IMG/VR virus record: IMGVR_UViG_3300037851_000865
Location: 1 to 29,231 of that record
DNA from: a virus
DNA: 29,231 nt
Direction: 5' to 3' (one strand)
Shown here: piece after piece, positions 17,516 through 26,047 of the stretch
Position numbering within the stretch: the stretch's first letter is position 1
Layout of the letters: the number at the start of each line of letters is the position of its first letter
Translations under genes and position numbers: made by a program
Notes under the pieces: model-generated
What the model was told of the DNA's origin: nothing
Databases searched by the model: none
Seen by the model: only the letters and a program-made list of their open reading frames with translations

Positions 17516-18011
17516 TCACTAACCTCTCGAACTCTTTGCTTGGGATGAGTACCCAAGAGTCTTTGGTTTTACCTGTGCTCTTGTCTTGAAAGTCGACGTT
17601 GAACACCGGTGATTGGCTGTAGGTGCACTCGCTGCGAAGCTTATTCAGGTCGTCAAGTGTCACTCTGTACGAAGACGTAGTAGTGAACTTGTTTTCCATC
17701 CTCCAGCGGTCAGTGCTTCCGTCTGACTTATGCCCGACAAAGGCACCACTTCCCACGTGCGCTCGGCCGCCGATTGCTTCAATACGCTTACGCTCTTGTT
17801 TGCTAGACCGGGTGCGTACTGTCTTGGCAGAGAGCTTTTGGGCAGAACCCTCCGGCGCCTTGACGCTGACGATGTGTTCTCGTCCGAAGAAGCTATCCCA
17901 AGTGATTGGGAGGGTAGTACCACTCTGCCCATCCGTATGGACAGTCAGAGTGGCGTACGTCCCGTTCTCGTTGGTGAAGACTTCCGGTACGACAGTTACC
18001 GAAAGATGCAC
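17493..18011 (-). CDS. Hjc-like PD-(D/E)xK nuclease (putative Holliday junction resolvase)
   Basis: QER...GGR...GSGA....KSD......ENKFT pattern of phage Hjc-type resolvases. Confidence 0.65.
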   Translation of the reverse strand: MHLSVTVVPEVFTNENGTYATLTVHTDGQSGTTLPITWDSFFGREHIVSVKAPEGSAQKLSAKTVRTRSSKQERKRIEAIGGRAHVGSGAFVGHKSDGSTDRWRMENKFTTTSSYRVTLDDLNKLRSECTYSQSPVFNVDFQDKSTGKTKDSWVLIPSKEFERLVNAVDNTR

Positions 18012-19354
18012 TGCTTCCCCGCGGCTGCCAGAATCTCTCGACGAACAGCCAAGTCGAACCCGGTGTCCTCTTCCATACCCAGCTTGAAGGCTTTCATGTT
18101 AGGCATTGTGTAGTCCTCTAGCACCCGCCGGGTGTCTGGCTGAACCAACGCAATACGGTTGTTCTGGAGCTTCTGGATGACGCCTCTGTTCAACCCAGAG
18201 TCGATGGCTGTCTGTACGAGGTCTACGCCTGTAGGAATGTCGTACGAGAAGTTCACTTCTCCAGAGATGTTGTCGTGTGTGCCTGCTTTGCCCTTCTCGG
18301 TCACCCATTTCACAACCTTGCCGGTTGCAACCTTGCCAACACCGGCCACATCCTTCTTAATGACGCTGCCGTTGCTGATGATGAGGTCCACCAGCTTGTA
18401 GTGCTTGGTAGAGCGTGCGCCTGAGACGGTGAAGTCGGGCAGGTACTTGGCGATGTGCGAAGGCGCCTCCGCCTTCTTCATGTTTTGCCGAACCTGCTGA
18501 GTCATAAGCAACGTAGTCTCGTTGACACCGTTCAGTCCAGTCGTCATCGGGATGTACTGCTTGTAGAAGCGGCCCATCATAGTCGCATGGGCAGCCATCT
18601 TCTCGTGTTCGTCCAGTTCCTTGCCAGCGTCTGCCACAGGCTGAAGGCCCTGGATGGAGTCGATGGCGATGATGGAGCAAGCCTTGGTGCCGGCGAAGTC
18701 GCGGGTGATTTTGAGAATCTCTTCCCCCGTCTCACCTCGAATGATGCGTAGGTCACCAATTTGGTACTTGTAGGCAGCAATTTCTTGGTCGGTAAATTGC
18801 TCCAAACCCCGTTGCTCGCGCCACTGGTTCCAGCTGAAAAGCATGTCGTCGGGAACAGACACGCGCATACCGCACCGAATGGCCTGGTCGAAGGCAAAGC
18901 CCCCTTCAGTCGGAGCGATAGCCATGATGCAGTCGTGTCCGTAGATTTTCTGCTGCATGGCCATCGTGAGGTACAGCAGCCAGGATTTGCCTGCATTGTC
19001 GGGGCCTGAAACGAAACACATGCCTCCCGCAGGCCAGCCACCACCAAGGTCGATATCGAGCTCCATGATGCCTGTGGGACGGCGCTTGATGTACGCGTTC
19101 GGTGCATCATTCGCACGCACCACCGCGTAGTGGCCGTCCTTGTTGTACTGATTCGCCACAGCGTCGAGCATGCGTACACGCTCGAGATGGGCGGAGTTAC
19201 TGCCCGGCGGCGGGGGAGGGCTGATGGCTTTTGCGGCCGCTGGCGCCTCCCCTCCCGACACAGGTGCTGTTGGTGCTAGCTTCACGTCAGGCTTTGCGAC
19301 TGACTTCGAAGCCGTCTTCTTTACTGTTTTCTTCGCTGTTTTCTTTGCTGCCAT
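17996..19354 (-). CDS. recA: RecA/UvsX-like recombinase
   Basis: PTGIMELDIDLGGGWP.G, Walker A GPDNAGKS, Walker B IIAIDSI, Q(V)R, SG....HY, K(G)K.G. Confidence 0.9.
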   Translation of the reverse strand: MAAKKTAKKTVKKTASKSVAKPDVKLAPTAPVSGGEAPAAAKAISPPPPPGSNSAHLERVRMLDAVANQYNKDGHYAVVRANDAPNAYIKRRPTGIMELDIDLGGGWPAGGMCFVSGPDNAGKSWLLYLTMAMQQKIYGHDCIMAIAPTEGGFAFDQAIRCGMRVSVPDDMLFSWNQWREQRGLEQFTDQEIAAYKYQIGDLRIIRGETGEEILKITRDFAGTKACSIIAIDSIQGLQPVADAGKELDEHEKMAAHATMMGRFYKQYIPMTTGLNGVNETTLLMTQQVRQNMKKAEAPSHIAKYLPDFTVSGARSTKHYKLVDLIISNGSVIKKDVAGVGKVATGKVVKWVTEKGKAGTHDNISGEVNFSYDIPTGVDLVQTAIDSGLNRGVIQKLQNNRIALVQPDTRRVLEDYTMPNMKAFKLGMEEDTGFDLAVRREILAAAGKQCIFR

Positions 19355-19357
19355 TTG

Positions 19358-19531
19358 CTAGCCCTCGAAGGGCTCGCTTCCGTGCACAGGGCAAAGAAGG
19401 GTACTCCCGTGACGCTCGGGAGCTCGTCCACAGATAGGACAACCCTTGTTTGCCTTCTTCTCGAGTTGCTCGGAAGTGAGCCCTGCCGTCTCGTCGACGG
19501 CGTACTTGTCCATGCCTTCGTCGTTGTTCAT
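19358..19531 (-). CDS. Small zinc-finger protein (57 aa)
   Basis: SD AAGGAG before the ATG at 19531; CPICG...CPVHG. Confidence 0.7.
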   Translation of the reverse strand: MNNDEGMDKYAVDETAGLTSEQLEKKANKGCPICGRAPERHGSTLLCPVHGSEPFEG

Positions 19532-19562
19532 TTTGTACTCCTTCGGTTTGGTGCCTAGAAGT

Positions 19563-19571
19563 ACTGTACCA
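19563..19571 (-). promoter_or_regulatory. Candidate extended -10 promoter for the recombination genes
   Basis: TGgTACAGT immediately after the polymerase stop codon. Confidence 0.4.
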
Positions 19572-19572
19572 G

Positions 19573-21585
19573 CTACTTGGCTTCTCCCCAAGAAGCACCA
19601 GGTCCGCCGTCTACATCCAAGAATACAGCCAAATCTTCCGTGAATGGGTGCCGCATGAGCTCAGGAATTTCACTAAGCATTACGTCCACGTGCTCGGTAG
19701 GGCACTCGAAGATAAGCTCATCGTGTACCTGTAGAAGCATTCGGCAGCCGTAGTGCTCTTCGAACCCGCACTGGTCGTACATGATTTGCGCCATCTTCAC
19801 GACATCAGCTGCGCTGCCCTGGATGGGCGTATTCATTGCTTTACGCTCACCCGCGCTGCGCTCCTTACGTCGGTCCGAGAGAATCTCAGGGATGTTTCGC
19901 CGACGGCCAAGGACCGTGAACGCGTAGCCGGTCGTGCGCGCCTCATTGACCGCCTCTTCGGTGAAGCGCTTGATGGCCGGATACACGCGTAAGAACTGTT
20001 CGATTTTGGCCTCTGCCTCTTCGACAGTAATGCCCAGAGTACCCGCCAGCTTGGCGGCACCCATGCCGTAGACCAGGCCGAAGCCGATTGTCTTTGCGGC
20101 ATTACGAGCAAGGAGACAGGACTTCTGGTGAGCGGTGAGCTCCTGACCTGCTTCTTTCGCTTTCTTGGCAGCAACGATATCGTCATAGGCGAGACCGAAT
20201 ACAATTTCGGCGTTACCCATGTGGATGTCTTTGCCTGAGTGAATCATGTCAATCATGCTCTGCTCGAGAGAGGCAGCAGCAAGAAGACGCATCTCCAGCT
20301 GGCTGTAGTCAAAACACAGCAGCGTGTAGCCCGGCGCTGGTATAAACGCCTTGCGAAGAGCCCAATGGTCGTTCTCTGGGCGCGGGATGTTCTGCAGATT
20401 CGGTCCTGCACTAGAGAGGCGGCCTGTCCGCGCAACGTCCTGATTGAACCGTGTATGAATGCGGTCATCTGGGTCGAGCAGCTCGTGGAGACCGTTGATG
20501 TACGTACCCAACAGCTTCTTGTACTCACGATGCTCGAGGATGAGCTTGCAAGCCTCGTCACCCTTGTCTGCGTACGTTTGTAGGAAGGAAGCATCCACAC
20601 TTGCTGTGCGTGTGCCTGTTTTACCTCCTTTTGTAAACTTCGTAGGAGCCAGCTTTCGTTCGTCGATAAGCCACTCTTTAAGAAGCTGTGTGCTGTTTAC
20701 GTTAAAGGGGCGACCTCGTAACTTAGCTATGCGGCCCCCCAGAGCCGCAATATGGTTCTCTGCCTCTGGCTTCGCGAGCTCAAGGCGCTCACGGTTTACA
20801 CGTATGCCGTAACGCTCCATTTTCCAGAGACACTTCGTGTATGGCACTTCGACCTTACTGAACAGGTCCCACAGCGTCTCGATGTACGGAGGCTTGTTTC
20901 GGAAAAGAGAGTGCGTCGGAGCGTTCTCTAGTTGGTACTTCAGCTGGTTGTACACAAGCAGGGTGCCCCAGGCATCGTTACCGGCGTATTCCACTAGACG
21001 GTCGAAGTCGTGTACTTCTGCTTTCTGTATAAGCTCCTCCGCCGACTGGGTCTTTCCAATTTTTCCGAACTGGTCTTCAAAGTCACCCCATGTCCAACCT
21101 CCTATGTGTTGGCACATGTACTTGAGGCCGTGCGGCCTTTCTTCGTAGAGAAGAGCGTGCATCACCGATGTGTCTACGAGCTTCCCTCGGATTGTTGCGT
21201 CAATCCACGGCGAGTACTTTTGTGTGTTAGCCAGGATGTGCGCGTCGTACTTGGCATTGCAGAGAATCCAGTACTTGTACGGGTCCTTCAGAAGCTCCTG
21301 GAACCAGTGCAGCATGCATGCGTGTAGTGTGGCTCGTCGACCTCCCCAAGCGATTGAGAAGTAGAGAGGACGGTCTTTCCAGACGGTCAGACCTGTGGTC
21401 TCAGTGTCGATTGCGATATGTTTTGTTTCACGCAGCTCATTCATGAGTGCTGTGAACATGTCGGTTTGACGACTGCTCATTGTGTCGAACGGGCGAGCAG
21501 CCGCTAGCGCCCTGTTAGCAATAATAGCTGCCTGCGACGGGCCATAGTACTCCGTCACAGGAACGTCGATGTTCCATCCAGTCAT
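19573..21585 (-). CDS. polA: Family A DNA polymerase with a 3'-5' exonuclease domain
   Basis: ExoI IDTETTG, ExoII NAKYD, ExoIII YAGND; TGRLSS..PNLQNIP; motif A DYSQLEMR; motif B RNAAKTIGFGLVYG (Phe at the 762-equivalent); motif C VHDEL. Start placed at ATG 21585 because the longer start lies inside a terminator hairpin. Confidence 0.95.
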   Translation of the reverse strand: MTGWNIDVPVTEYYGPSQAAIIANRALAAARPFDTMSSRQTDMFTALMNELRETKHIAIDTETTGLTVWKDRPLYFSIAWGGRRATLHACMLHWFQELLKDPYKYWILCNAKYDAHILANTQKYSPWIDATIRGKLVDTSVMHALLYEERPHGLKYMCQHIGGWTWGDFEDQFGKIGKTQSAEELIQKAEVHDFDRLVEYAGNDAWGTLLVYNQLKYQLENAPTHSLFRNKPPYIETLWDLFSKVEVPYTKCLWKMERYGIRVNRERLELAKPEAENHIAALGGRIAKLRGRPFNVNSTQLLKEWLIDERKLAPTKFTKGGKTGTRTASVDASFLQTYADKGDEACKLILEHREYKKLLGTYINGLHELLDPDDRIHTRFNQDVARTGRLSSAGPNLQNIPRPENDHWALRKAFIPAPGYTLLCFDYSQLEMRLLAAASLEQSMIDMIHSGKDIHMGNAEIVFGLAYDDIVAAKKAKEAGQELTAHQKSCLLARNAAKTIGFGLVYGMGAAKLAGTLGITVEEAEAKIEQFLRVYPAIKRFTEEAVNEARTTGYAFTVLGRRRNIPEILSDRRKERSAGERKAMNTPIQGSAADVVKMAQIMYDQCGFEEHYGCRMLLQVHDELIFECPTEHVDVMLSEIPELMRHPFTEDLAVFLDVDGGPGASWGEAK

Positions 21586-21589
21586 AGGC

Positions 21590-21619
21590 AAAAAAGGCCC
21601 GCCCCTTTCGGGGCGGACC
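21590..21619 (-). terminator. Rho-independent terminator between the SSB and polymerase genes
   Basis: Minus strand CCGCCCC-GAAA-GGGGCGG-GCC-TTTTTT. Confidence 0.8.
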
Positions 21620-21626
21620 ACTCCTC

Positions 21627-22943
21627 TCAGAATCCGTTATTCTGGTTTCCGCCCTGATGTTGCGCGAGGCCCTGATTCATAGAATGAGGGTCCACGTACT
21701 GAGGCTGCGGAGCCATTGGTCCGGTCGGCGGCGCTGGGGGAGCTCCCCACTGCGGATTGGGCTGCTGATAGCCGCCCTGCTGGTGCGGGGCCGGAGGCTG
21801 TTGATAGCCGCCCTGCTGTCCCTGCGGCGCTCCGAGACCATAGGCCACACGCTGCTTGTCAATAGGCGTGGGGGCAAAAATCTTCGGAAGGTCGAGGGGC
21901 TTGGGGGTCACCGCGCTCTGCGTCTGGAACCGAATAGGCGTGACGTAGAACTGAGTGATGACGAGCTTCGTCTGCTTGCTGTCGCCACTCTTCTCCTTGA
22001 ACCCGTAGAGGTCCGCGTCGAAGATGGTGGCGCGCTTGCCGTTTGCACAAGCGTTGCACTGTACTTCTTCATGTGGGTACCCGTGATAGCCGCAGTGCGG
22101 GCAGTGGTGTGCGTTCTTGGTGAGCGCCTCCTGCTGGTCCGGCGTCATCGAAGTGTTGTATGGGTCGAGCAGGAGCTGACGACACTGAGGGTTCCCGCAG
22201 TACCAGCCTCGCGACTGGACATGTCCTTGGCCGCAGGAGCCGCAGCTGTTGCCGATGATGATGCTCTGGTTCACCAAAGTGGTGCGCCAGCTATTGTTGA
22301 CACCCCACGGCTGCACGCGCCCTTCAGTCCAGTTGCGCCCATGGTACTTGGGGTCCTGCACGTTGAATGCCTTCTCCCAGTGCATCCATGGACTGCCGTC
22401 CTTCTTCGTGCGTACCCTGCCCTGGTCGTCCACGTCAGGCATCTCAAAGAAGTAGCCGTAGTCCAGGACGTTGAAGGCGAACTTGTCATTCATGGACATG
22501 CTGCGCGGGTGCTTCCCGTCGCCGCCTGCTGCCTTGTCGGCCTGTCGGGCCTGGTATTCCTGCCAGAACAGCTCGCAGCCCTCGCAGGGTTCACGCTTCT
22601 CGCGGTCCATGCGCATCGGGCCTCCGGAGCAGATACCGCCGCGGAAGGTTTTACCAACGCTACGTCCATGCTCGGTGTACATGAAGTAGGGGAAGGTGTC
22701 CTGGAACAGCTGTCCTTCGACCATGTACTGCTGCGTGTAGTCTCCCCTGATGAGACGAAAGCGCGTCGGGTGCGAGGCGTACTCGCTGATTTCGAAGTTG
22801 CCGCGCCAGTATGCTGGCCCGCCTCCTCCGCCACCGCCACCGCCGTGCGCCTTCTTGCTGGAGGTGTTGGCTTGTTGGGCGAAATTGCCTTGTCCGAAGG
22901 AAGGGATACTGTTGAGGTGATTGGGGTCTTTTCCGAATGCCAT
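21627..22943 (-). CDS. Putative single-stranded DNA-binding protein (gp32-like) with extra zinc ribbons and a P/Q-rich tail
   Basis: SD GGAG before the ATG at 22943; lies between primase and polymerase; RFRLI, H...C...PCEGCE and KFAFNVLD resemble gp32-type SSBs; four further CxxC-type pairs. Confidence 0.6.
   Translation of the reverse strand: MAFGKDPNHLNSIPSFGQGNFAQQANTSSKKAHGGGGGGGGGPAYWRGNFEISEYASHPTRFRLIRGDYTQQYMVEGQLFQDTFPYFMYTEHGRSVGKTFRGGICSGGPMRMDREKREPCEGCELFWQEYQARQADKAAGGDGKHPRSMSMNDKFAFNVLDYGYFFEMPDVDDQGRVRTKKDGSPWMHWEKAFNVQDPKYHGRNWTEGRVQPWGVNNSWRTTLVNQSIIIGNSCGSCGQGHVQSRGWYCGNPQCRQLLLDPYNTSMTPDQQEALTKNAHHCPHCGYHGYPHEEVQCNACANGKRATIFDADLYGFKEKSGDSKQTKLVITQFYVTPIRFQTQSAVTPKPLDLPKIFAPTPIDKQRVAYGLGAPQGQQGGYQQPPAPHQQGGYQQPNPQWGAPPAPPTGPMAPQPQYVDPHSMNQGLAQHQGGNQNNGF
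21760..21818 (-). repeat. 23-bp direct repeat (one mismatch) encoding QQGGYQQP twice
   Basis: GGCTG(C/T)TGATAGCCGCCCTGCTG at 21760-21782 and 21796-21818. Confidence 0.8.
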
Positions 22944-22968
22944 TTGTATTGCTCTCCTACTCGTGCTC

Positions 22969-23979
22969 TCACACTCGCTGATAGCTCCGCCATACATGAA
23001 AAAGCGGAGCATTTGTCATTTGCTGTACGAACTCGTCTTGCTCAAGACTGTCAGGCTGTGCCTCTACTCGATTACTCAAGCGCTCTGGATACTCGACAAT
23101 GTACGTAGAGGTGTTGAGCCGCTCAGCTGCGTCAAGCATGCCTTTGCGTCCAGCACCGTTATTGTCCAAGAATAGATACACCCTGGTGTTCAAGGCTTCA
23201 AGCATCCATTGATGCTCCCATGACAGGTAACTTCCTAGCAGAGCGACCACGTTCTTATACCCGCACTGCCAGGCCCACATGGCTGCCTTGAATCCCTCGA
23301 CCACCAGTATGTAGTTTTCTCGAGGGTCACCGGTTGTCAGCAGCATCTCTGGATACAAGTTGTGCATGTTGTACAAGACCGTGCGCTTCTTCCACCCCTT
23401 TCTGGCGGGCATGTGCCACGCCAAGTACTCATCCTCGTACACCTTGTAGCGAGGCGACTGGTCGTCATAGACGGCTCTACCGCTGACGGCGACAAGGTCT
23501 CCCTTGATGTCGCGGATTGGAAACGTGATTCGTTTCCACCAGCCGTCCCACCCAACGTTAAAGTGCTTGAGAGTCTCCTCCGCGTACTTCGGGAACATGT
23601 AGCCCACGTCGTGCTGGAAAAGACCCAACACCTGCTCATCAATTGGTGGACCGGTGAAGATAGAGTCGGGCTGCACCTGGCGCTCGCCAGGCGGAATATT
23701 CTTTCCGGCTTCGTCAATGAGTAGCCCGTAGTGAAGCTTGATTGTGTTTGCGTCGAGTCCTAGTTCTTGAAGGAATCTACGCAGCGTACCTTTCTCGTGA
23801 CACTGGTGGCAAAAATACACGCCCTTCGTGAGGGACATCGAGAACGAAGGGTTCTTCTCTTCTGTGCCATCCGCCTTTCGGTGGAAAGGACAGATGGCCA
23901 TGATGTTCTCGTTGCCCGAACGACGAACCTTGTTCAGGTATTGTTTTGCCAGCCCGAATATTTCGTTCGAGATATCCAT
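22969..23979 (-). CDS. dnaG: DnaG-type DNA primase
   Basis: CHC2 zinc finger (CPFH...PSFS...FCHQC), RITFPI, SGR, Toprim VVEGF...LDNNGAG...PD. Confidence 0.92.
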   Translation of the reverse strand: MDISNEIFGLAKQYLNKVRRSGNENIMAICPFHRKADGTEEKNPSFSMSLTKGVYFCHQCHEKGTLRRFLQELGLDANTIKLHYGLLIDEAGKNIPPGERQVQPDSIFTGPPIDEQVLGLFQHDVGYMFPKYAEETLKHFNVGWDGWWKRITFPIRDIKGDLVAVSGRAVYDDQSPRYKVYEDEYLAWHMPARKGWKKRTVLYNMHNLYPEMLLTTGDPRENYILVVEGFKAAMWAWQCGYKNVVALLGSYLSWEHQWMLEALNTRVYLFLDNNGAGRKGMLDAAERLNTSTYIVEYPERLSNRVEAQPDSLEQDEFVQQMTNAPLFHVWRSYQRV

Positions 23980-23981
23980 TG

Positions 23982-25406
23982 CTATGGTGCTCGTGGCGGA
24001 ACGAACTGCGCGGCGATTGCTGCTGCTCCTGGATTAGGTCCTCTCAGCGCTCCCGTAGGGTCTACAGGGTCTGTGTTTTGGTGTTTATTTCTTGCTGTCG
24101 ACGCCTTCTTGACGTTCTTGGGGTCACCAGCATCTGCTTGTGCCGCGCTCAACAGCTCATCCATTGAGATAGGGCCTGCGTAACCGAAGTTGGTGGCAGG
24201 AATACCGTGGATACGGAAACCCTCCAGATTGAACTCTCGAGAGCCGCCAATCATCAACGCCAGCGTAGGCACGTGCTTCTCATTGATAACGCGCATCGCC
24301 AGAGTAGCGTCCTGGCCGATTGCGTCCGAGAAGGCAATTTCATCCAGGTTGGCTTCCTTGTTTGTTGCCGCGGCTCGGTTTGCCTGTAGCGTGCAGATGA
24401 CAGGCACGCGTGTCTCCAGAATGGTTTGTCGCAGGTCGCGGCTGATGTTCTGCACACGTGCGTGGTCTTTCTGGCGAGGACCACCGCGAGCGTCAGACAT
24501 TAGGTACATACCGTCGATGAAGCAGATATCTGGTTTGTGCTCTTCAATCTTGCTTCGAAGCCACGATACAGTATCGCCTCTTTCTCCTGCGTCTTTGCCG
24601 GACAAGCACACCATAGACTGCACCGAACGCATCATTTTGACGTACTGCTTGACCTGGTAGAGGGCCTGACGTTCCATCTCAGTCAACTTGCCCTTACGGA
24701 ACTCGCTGTATCGCACACCTGCCAGAATACCGAAGACGCGCATGTAGACGTTGTCTGCTGTCATCTCTTTGGTATAGATGAGGATGCGCTTACCTTGTTC
24801 GAAGGTCCACGCAACATAGTACGCGAGTACCCAGCTCTTCATGGACTTAGGTCTGCCGTAGATAACGATGTAGTCGTCCGGCTGAATGCCGCCGGATTCC
24901 TCCTGCAGAGGGTGCCAGGGATGAGGGCAGACAGACAGATTGTACCCGGCAGCCACCATCTCGTAGTTGTGCATGATGGTGTCTGCCGCCTCATCGGCGA
25001 AGCGGTCCAGCTGCTTGCCGCCGACAAGCCTTTGCAGGTATCCGGTTTGCGTAGCGAGGTAGCCGATTGCTTGCTTGGCGTCTGTTTCCAGAAGCTGCGC
25101 GAAGCGCGTGAGAAGTTGTCGTCCTTCGCTCCTGCATCGATTCTGCCTGACCTCGTGGCACAAAGACTCGACTGTCATGGCCGGGTCATCCACAAGCTGG
25201 AACGTGGGGTACATCTGACGGAGTGCGTACTCTCCGATGATGGCGCCCTGCGTCTCGGGCATGTTGAAGTAGGTTAGCAGGTGATTGAATAGCGTGCGCC
25301 CTTCGGATGTTTGAAAGTCGTCAGGCGTGATGCCCCACTGCAGAGCGGAGTTGATGTTTCCTGTTCGAATGATTCTCGAGATGAGTTGATGGTCCCAGCT
25401 TGACGT
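23982..25406 (-). CDS. dnaB: DnaB-like (SF4) replicative helicase; probable start at ACG 25406 (first ATG at 25262)
   Basis: Walker A GRPKSMKS, KEM, Walker B FIDGMYLM, ISRDL, Q(A)NR, SDAIGQDA. The frame stays open upstream of 25262 as far as an in-frame TAG at 25428-25430; AGGAGG precedes the ACG. Confidence 0.85.
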   Translation of the reverse strand, partial: TSSWDHQLISRIIRTGNINSALQWGITPDDFQTSEGRTLFNHLLTYFNMPETQGAIIGEYALRQMYPTFQLVDDPAMTVESLCHEVRQNRCRSEGRQLLTRFAQLLETDAKQAIGYLATQTGYLQRLVGGKQLDRFADEAADTIMHNYEMVAAGYNLSVCPHPWHPLQEESGGIQPDDYIVIYGRPKSMKSWVLAYYVAWTFEQGKRILIYTKEMTADNVYMRVFGILAGVRYSEFRKGKLTEMERQALYQVKQYVKMMRSVQSMVCLSGKDAGERGDTVSWLRSKIEEHKPDICFIDGMYLMSDARGGPRQKDHARVQNISRDLRQTILETRVPVICTLQANRAAATNKEANLDEIAFSDAIGQDATLAMRVINEKHVPTLALMIGGSREFNLEGFRIHGIPATNFGYAGPISMDELLSAAQADAGDPKNVKKASTARNKHQNTDPVDPTGALRGPNPGAAAIAAQFVPPRAP

Positions 25407-25407
25407 A

Positions 25408-25968
25408 TTAGTACCCTCCTTTCCGGGCTACCTTCTGTAGTTCTTTTACAGTCGGGTTTCCCTGGGTTGCGGTCATATAGCGTGCTTCCAGTTCCGGAAA
25501 GTTGAGTACGTACTGCCCTTTTTCCCAAAAGCGCACAGCAAACAGGTCATAGGCCTGTGCTGCCTTACGTTCGTCTGCAAGGGTTGTAATGTACGTCTGT
25601 ACTCCGTTTATGCGTATGAGTGCCTTCCACTTTTTGGTAGCAGGCCACCACTGCACCCCCTTGTAGTCAGAGGTTGCTTTTCCTACCTTGCGGCGATGCC
25701 TGTTGCTCGTGACAACATCTACGATACGTAGGTTTTCCCTTCGATTATCGAGCCCGTTATGGTTGATGTGGTCCACGATTGTGCCAGGAGCAGCTTGCAG
25801 GATAAATCGATGCATTCGCACGTGTTTGCGCGTGCCTTCGGTACGTATATGCGTCACGGCGTACGTCACCCCGTGTTTGACGTGTACCGACCACGTGTGC
25901 TCGGCAACGCGGTCTACGTCTTGCTCACTTAGCAGCACTGTGTAGTTGCCTATTTGATATGAGCTCAT
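25408..25968 (-). CDS. HNH homing endonuclease with C-terminal AP2 DNA-binding domain
   Basis: MHRFIL...VDHINHNGLDNRRENLR, then S.YKGV.W....KKWKA.I...AA.AYD......NFP. Confidence 0.92.
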   Translation of the reverse strand: MSSYQIGNYTVLLSEQDVDRVAEHTWSVHVKHGVTYAVTHIRTEGTRKHVRMHRFILQAAPGTIVDHINHNGLDNRRENLRIVDVVTSNRHRRKVGKATSDYKGVQWWPATKKWKALIRINGVQTYITTLADERKAAQAYDLFAVRFWEKGQYVLNFPELEARYMTATQGNPTVKELQKVARKGGY

Positions 25969-25992
25969 AGTTATGCTTTCAGTCCAGCTTGC

Positions 25993-26043
25993 TTATCCCC
26001 TTAACCCGTCGGGACTGACCACCCTCCTCTTGAGGAGGTTCAT
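25993..26043 (-). other. 16-codon uORF (MNLLKRRVVSPDGLRG*) in frame with the HNH gene, inside a hairpin-rich leader
   Basis: ATG at 26043, ends GGA-TAA; eight sense codons then lead in frame to the HNH ATG. No SD, so translation is unproven. Confidence 0.3.
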
Positions 26044-26047
26044 GGTC

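Noticed and set aside
21657-23108. 483-aa plus-strand ORF antisense to the SSB gene
   Set aside because: Shadow ORF on the opposite strand of a well-supported gene; L/R/V/A-rich with no motif, as expected from GC-biased codon usage.
24537-25277. 246-aa antisense ORF over the helicase, and the many other short overlapping ORFs in the track
   Set aside because: They overlap motif-supported genes and have no recognisable domains.
25408-25435. Twister-ribozyme-like string AGCCCGG...GGAGGG
   Set aside because: The upstream pairing partners and conserved core needed for the pseudoknots are not evident.
25405-26013. Canonical group I or group II intron around the HNH
   Set aside because: No P7 R/S elements in the right order, no U/G splice-site pair that restores the frame, and no GUGYG start or domain V. 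Kept only as a non-canonical hypothesis.
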